Assembly: GCA_046154185.1 (NCBI GenBank)
Contig: JBJXGE010000032.1
Coordinates: forward strand, 19,848 to 83,847
DNA from: Planctomycetota bacterium
Lineage (GTDB): Bacteria > Planctomycetota > UBA8108 > UBA1146 > JAJFFE01
DNA length: 64,000 nt
Direction: 5' to 3'
The notes beneath the pieces are model-generated. The model did no database searches. It was not told the DNA's origin and saw only the letters and a list, made by a program, of their open reading frames with translations. Positions 60,156 to 64,000 of this stretch are shown one piece after another (within the stretch, counting starts at the first letter, position 1; each line of letters starts with the position of its first letter). Made by a program: the position numbers and the translations under genes.

Positions 60156-60587
60156 ATGCGAAAATTCACCGGACTACTGTGCGCCGCGGTCATTGTCACC
60201 TCGCTTTGTTCATGCGCGCCGCGCCAAGCCCGCGTGCTGAGGGCCGGCCATGGGCTGGCGGAAGTTCATTGGAGTGAAGACGAACTGGCGCAAGCGACCG
60301 CGACACGCCCCATGCGGACCAGTGCCGAGACAAGTCATAGCGTGTTGCGACTCGCAGGGGCAGAAGTGCCGCACACACACGATCGTCATGATCTGACTTG
60401 CGTGTTGTTGCGCGGACGTGCGCGACTGCATTTAGGCGCTGACGTCTACGACGTCGTTCCCGGTGACGTCATGGACATTCCCCGCGGCACGGTCCATTGG
60501 GCCGAAGCTATCGACGAAGATGCGTGCGAAGTCTATGTCATCTTTTCGCCCGCGTTCGACGGCAACGACTTTCACGAGGTCAAGTGA
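60156..60587 (+). CDS. Cupin-domain lipoprotein
   Basis: Lipobox LCSC; HTHDRHD; PGD...IPRGTVH. Confidence 0.87.
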   Translation: MRKFTGLLCAAVIVTSLCSCAPRQARVLRAGHGLAEVHWSEDELAQATATRPMRTSAETSHSVLRLAGAEVPHTHDRHDLTCVLLRGRARLHLGADVYDVVPGDVMDIPRGTVHWAEAIDEDACEVYVIFSPAFDGNDFHEVK

Positions 60588-60963
60588 GCGACGACGTCAT
60601 TGGCAGTTCTGAACCGATCACCGGGTACCGGTAATATTCGCCATTGGCTGCTTTGACGGCGCCGAGAATCGGCAGAAGGACCCCCACGACGCCGAGCACG
60701 ATGAACACGAGTATGCCAATCGGTATATAGACAACCGTGAGAAACAGCAGCCCGTTGATAATGCACGCCGCGAGCACAGCGATGTTCAAGTACAGCGCTT
60801 GCCGCGCGATGGTCGGCACGATCGGAGTCTCGCGTTGCATACACATGAGCACGATCGGGGCGACAATTCCGCCAAGTGGAACCAGATAGCCCGCGAGCCC
60901 GGACAGATGCGCCAGGGCCGCCATCGCGCGTTCCTCGGGCGCGATTTGCGACGCATTTGACAT
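60580..60963 (-). CDS. DUF4870 membrane protein
   Basis: ERAMAALAHLS...PIV...ARQAL...GAVKAANGEYYRYP. Confidence 0.88.
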   Translation of the reverse strand: MSNASQIAPEERAMAALAHLSGLAGYLVPLGGIVAPIVLMCMQRETPIVPTIARQALYLNIAVLAACIINGLLFLTVVYIPIGILVFIVLGVVGVLLPILGAVKAANGEYYRYPVIGSELPMTSSLT

Positions 60964-61089
60964 CGAAGAACTCCTTACCCTGACTACTCAACAATTCGAA
61001 GCGAGCTGAACGCCGTCAAGACGCCGATTCGTCGGTGGCTTGGCCCAATCTAGAGCCGGCAAGCCTCTTGCCCATGCGTCGAATCCTCT

Positions 61090-61572
61090 TCAACGGATCT
61101 TCGGCAAGAACTGTCGCCAGCACTCGCCTTCGGCGGTGAACTTGATCACACGGTTGCGCGCCAGGAGAAGTCGGCGCATGTAGCGCGTCAGCACAAGCAA
61201 ATTCACGGCCTGACCGAGAACTCCGAACGGCGATTCGAAGTGGAATTCATCGCGCAACGCCGTACCGCCGGCAATCGCCTCGAAGTGATGCTGGTGCTCC
61301 ATGCGGCGAAAGGCCCCACTCACCATGCTGTCGGCAAAATAGATCGGGCGCTCGTACGCGGTGATGCGAACGCGGAGTTGTTGCCAGCAACCGAAATGGC
61401 GCGCGCGCCAGGTAACCTCTTCGCCAAGACCCATGAGGCCCGTCGCGACGCCTGCCACGATGTACTCGCCGCTCGTCGCCATCGAGCACAAATGCAAATC
61501 GACGCTCCGGGAAAGATCGAAAACGCGTTCGACGGGCGCGGAAATCGCGGTGACGAGTCGCACCACGGCCAT
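61090..61572 (-). CDS. SRPBCC/START-like protein
   Basis: APVERVFDLSRSVDLH, VTWRARHFG, FADSMVSGAF..MEH.H.F. Confidence 0.88.
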   Translation of the reverse strand: MAVVRLVTAISAPVERVFDLSRSVDLHLCSMATSGEYIVAGVATGLMGLGEEVTWRARHFGCWQQLRVRITAYERPIYFADSMVSGAFRRMEHQHHFEAIAGGTALRDEFHFESPFGVLGQAVNLLVLTRYMRRLLLARNRVIKFTAEGECWRQFLPKIR

Positions 61573-61584
61573 GGCCGCGTCCAG

Positions 61585-62778
61585 TCAATTTTTCGAGATT
61601 CGGATGTCGCCGTGCTCGACGGCGAGTTCGAGCAACGGTTTGCCGGTCAAACCGGACTCGTTGCGCTCGAGATAAGGCAACGCGCTTCGCACTCGACCGA
61701 AGGACGCCCGTGCGGCAATCGCCGGCTCCGCATGCGGCGGCAACGCGACTTTGATCGAGCCAAACTTGGTGTCGGCTTTGACCATCTGAAAATCGGCCCG
61801 CATCAGCTCGATCGCCACGTCACCATGTTCGTTACGACAAGTAAGCTCCGAACCGTCGCTTTCCAACGTCACATCGCCGAAGGAATTGCGCGCCGTCGTG
61901 CGACCATGGAGCCTTGCGCCCTGGATGCTCCCGTGTTCGCCGTTGAGCTTCGCGTCACCGGCAATTTCGAGTGCGACAATGCCATTGAAACTCGTCTCGA
62001 GGTCGGCATCGCCACCCACGCGCGAGACTTTGATCTCGCCATGTTCGTTGCGCGCGGTCAGATTGCCGCTCACATCCTCCGCTTCCAGCGGTGCAAACGT
62101 TGTCCGTGCGTCGAGGTCGCCGTCGACGCCGACGATGTGAATCGCGCCATGGGCATTGCGCACGGTCGCGTTGTGAATTCTCCGCGCCGTGAGCGACGCG
62201 AAACTGGTCTCGAGAAAAACCGCGCCGCTGAGGTCTTCTGCATCGATCGCCCCATGGGCAGCCTTGATATGCGTCGAGAAGATCAGCCCGCGCACTTCGG
62301 TCGGGCCGAAACGATTTCGAATCTTGATCGCCAGCGAAGCCGGCACTCGTAGCGTTATGTTGGATTCAAGTCCGCGCAGGTCCGACTTGCGGTCTTCCGG
62401 CAACTTCAATCGCAGGAGGCCACGGCTTTCCGTTTCTTCCCCAGCAAGCATGACCTCCGCGAGCAAAGCCTCGGCGACTTCGGGGGTCTCGCCCCATACG
62501 GAAAACGTCCATTCCCAACTCGCCGGCTGATCTTCCGCCAGCGCCTCGACCAGGACTTTGCCGTTGCGATTCTCAACACTCAGCTCGGAGATCGCCACGC
62601 TAAAAGCACCTTGGTTTGCCCCATCGCGGCGCGTCCCGGAGCGATCGAAGCGATAGCCGTCCGCCGTCATGCTCAGTGTGCGATACACGCACGCGGAAGA
62701 GATGGACACGACGCCCACCAAGACCAGCAGGCTAGACAAATAACCAACGCTTCGCCATCTCGACGTGTCGCTGTGCAT
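61585..62778 (-). CDS. DUF4097 beta-strand repeat lipoprotein (start trimmed to ATG 62778; uncertain)
   Basis: SSAC lipobox; repeated NxFG/NxHG.I motifs (NRFG, NAHG, NEHG, NSFG, TKFG, VEHGDI). Confidence 0.82.
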   Translation of the reverse strand: MHSDTSRWRSVGYLSSLLVLVGVVSISSACVYRTLSMTADGYRFDRSGTRRDGANQGAFSVAISELSVENRNGKVLVEALAEDQPASWEWTFSVWGETPEVAEALLAEVMLAGEETESRGLLRLKLPEDRKSDLRGLESNITLRVPASLAIKIRNRFGPTEVRGLIFSTHIKAAHGAIDAEDLSGAVFLETSFASLTARRIHNATVRNAHGAIHIVGVDGDLDARTTFAPLEAEDVSGNLTARNEHGEIKVSRVGGDADLETSFNGIVALEIAGDAKLNGEHGSIQGARLHGRTTARNSFGDVTLESDGSELTCRNEHGDVAIELMRADFQMVKADTKFGSIKVALPPHAEPAIAARASFGRVRSALPYLERNESGLTGKPLLELAVEHGDIRISKN

Positions 62779-62985
62779 GCGCGCGCTACTTTCCTGGTAG
62801 TAACACCCTGTCGCGAGACTTCCCCAACCACTGGAGCTGCGGAGAACAGCCGACATCTCACAGCCGAGCGCCGCGATTCTCGCTGGCGACTCCCGGCATT
62901 ACAAGCATCGGCATGTCGACTTGTCTGCGAGAATTCCTACGCTTGGCGCGGGACATTTGTTCACGGTATTCAGCACGTGGCCCGT

Positions 62986-63954
62986 TCAGACGCGCGCGGT
63001 ACGATCCGCGTCCGGCACTGGCGGCGACCAGACGGCGGCTTGCTCGGCGTCGAGTCGCGCGGTCGCACGCGACTTTCCGTGGAGCAAACACTGCCATTGA
63101 TAGCGACGCAAGAAGCGACGAAATTCCGGATCGTCGTAACGCGCCACGCGGCGCAAAGCCGCACCGACATATCCCCACCAACTCGCCAACGCCCCGGCCA
63201 CGGCGGGCGGATGGAGCAGCCGATACATGCAACTCACGCTCAAGTACGTGAAACCCGTGCCCATGAAATACTGGCCGAACCCATGACGACGCCGGCCGGT
63301 CAGTACGCTTTTCTGACTGGTTCCCATCGGTCGCAGGTGAATGAACCGGAGTTCGGGATCATCCCAACTCACCGCACGCCAGCCGAGCATTCGACAACGA
63401 TGGCAATCGATGCCGTCCCACATGACCTGTCGCACAAAGCCGCCGATCTGTTGAAAGCACGTACTGCGATAAAACTTGATCATGCCGACCGACGTCTCGT
63501 CACCGCACAACTCGCTGATGAGGCGGCCGGTGACGGCTTCGCGAAAATAGGGCTTGCCGCTGCAGGTGCCGATCCTTGGCTCGCGCTCCATGCGCTCCAT
63601 CAGATGCTCGAAATAGCGCGCCGGTACATCCAGATCGAGATCGAGTTTCGCTATATAGTCGAACTCGTCGAGGTCAATTGTCTCGAAGCCGGCGTAAAAC
63701 GCTTCGATCACTCCTGGACCGACGCTGCGCGCGCCGCGATCGCGCCGGCTGACGACTCGCAACACCTCGAAGCGCGCCGCATACTCGGCCAAAATCTGCG
63801 GCGTCGCGTCGGTCGAGCCGTCATCGACAATGACCCAGATCGCCGGTGGCACGGATTGGCGCAGCACACTATCGAGAGTAACGCGCATGTACTGCGCTTC
63901 ATCTCGACACGGCGAAATGAGCGCGTAGCGGCGACCTTGAGTTGACGACGACAT
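62986..63954 (-). CDS. GT2 family glycosyltransferase
   Basis: ISPCRDEA, WVIVDDGSTD, KLDLD (DxD), IGGF...WDGID. Confidence 0.92.
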   Translation of the reverse strand: MSSSTQGRRYALISPCRDEAQYMRVTLDSVLRQSVPPAIWVIVDDGSTDATPQILAEYAARFEVLRVVSRRDRGARSVGPGVIEAFYAGFETIDLDEFDYIAKLDLDLDVPARYFEHLMERMEREPRIGTCSGKPYFREAVTGRLISELCGDETSVGMIKFYRSTCFQQIGGFVRQVMWDGIDCHRCRMLGWRAVSWDDPELRFIHLRPMGTSQKSVLTGRRRHGFGQYFMGTGFTYLSVSCMYRLLHPPAVAGALASWWGYVGAALRRVARYDDPEFRRFLRRYQWQCLLHGKSRATARLDAEQAAVWSPPVPDADRTARV

Positions 63955-64000
63955 GATTCGGTTACTGCCTGTAGCGCGAATGTTGCGATGGGGACGTGTC

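Overview
GC-rich bacterial chromosomal segment (mid-60s % GC by eye) with about 43 densely packed CDS. I found no rRNA, tRNA, CRISPR array or transposase. A Planctomycetota origin is inferred from Hanks kinases, an ECF sigma factor with a long membrane-anchored extension and several dockerin-tailed secreted proteins. Main content: a pfaD-pfaA iterative PKS pair with no pfaB/C, set back-to-back with a GT87 glycosyltransferase; a secretin N-domain-only protein; three secreted cohesin-like plus dockerin proteins, one an M12 metallopeptidase; a kinase-STAND-TPR protein with a small orphan partner; a tkt, tal-pgi, gnd, zwf, pgl pentose-phosphate operon plus a GH63; trxB coupled to a LonC-type protease; and a swivel-first aconitase-family fusion. 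Non-coding signals: a 31-bp tandem array, two copies of a REP-like double hairpin, a structured region upstream of an EamA transporter, and a perfect Shine-Dalgarno plus in-frame GTG inside the ECF gene. All protein calls come from motif recognition by eye; no database searches were run.
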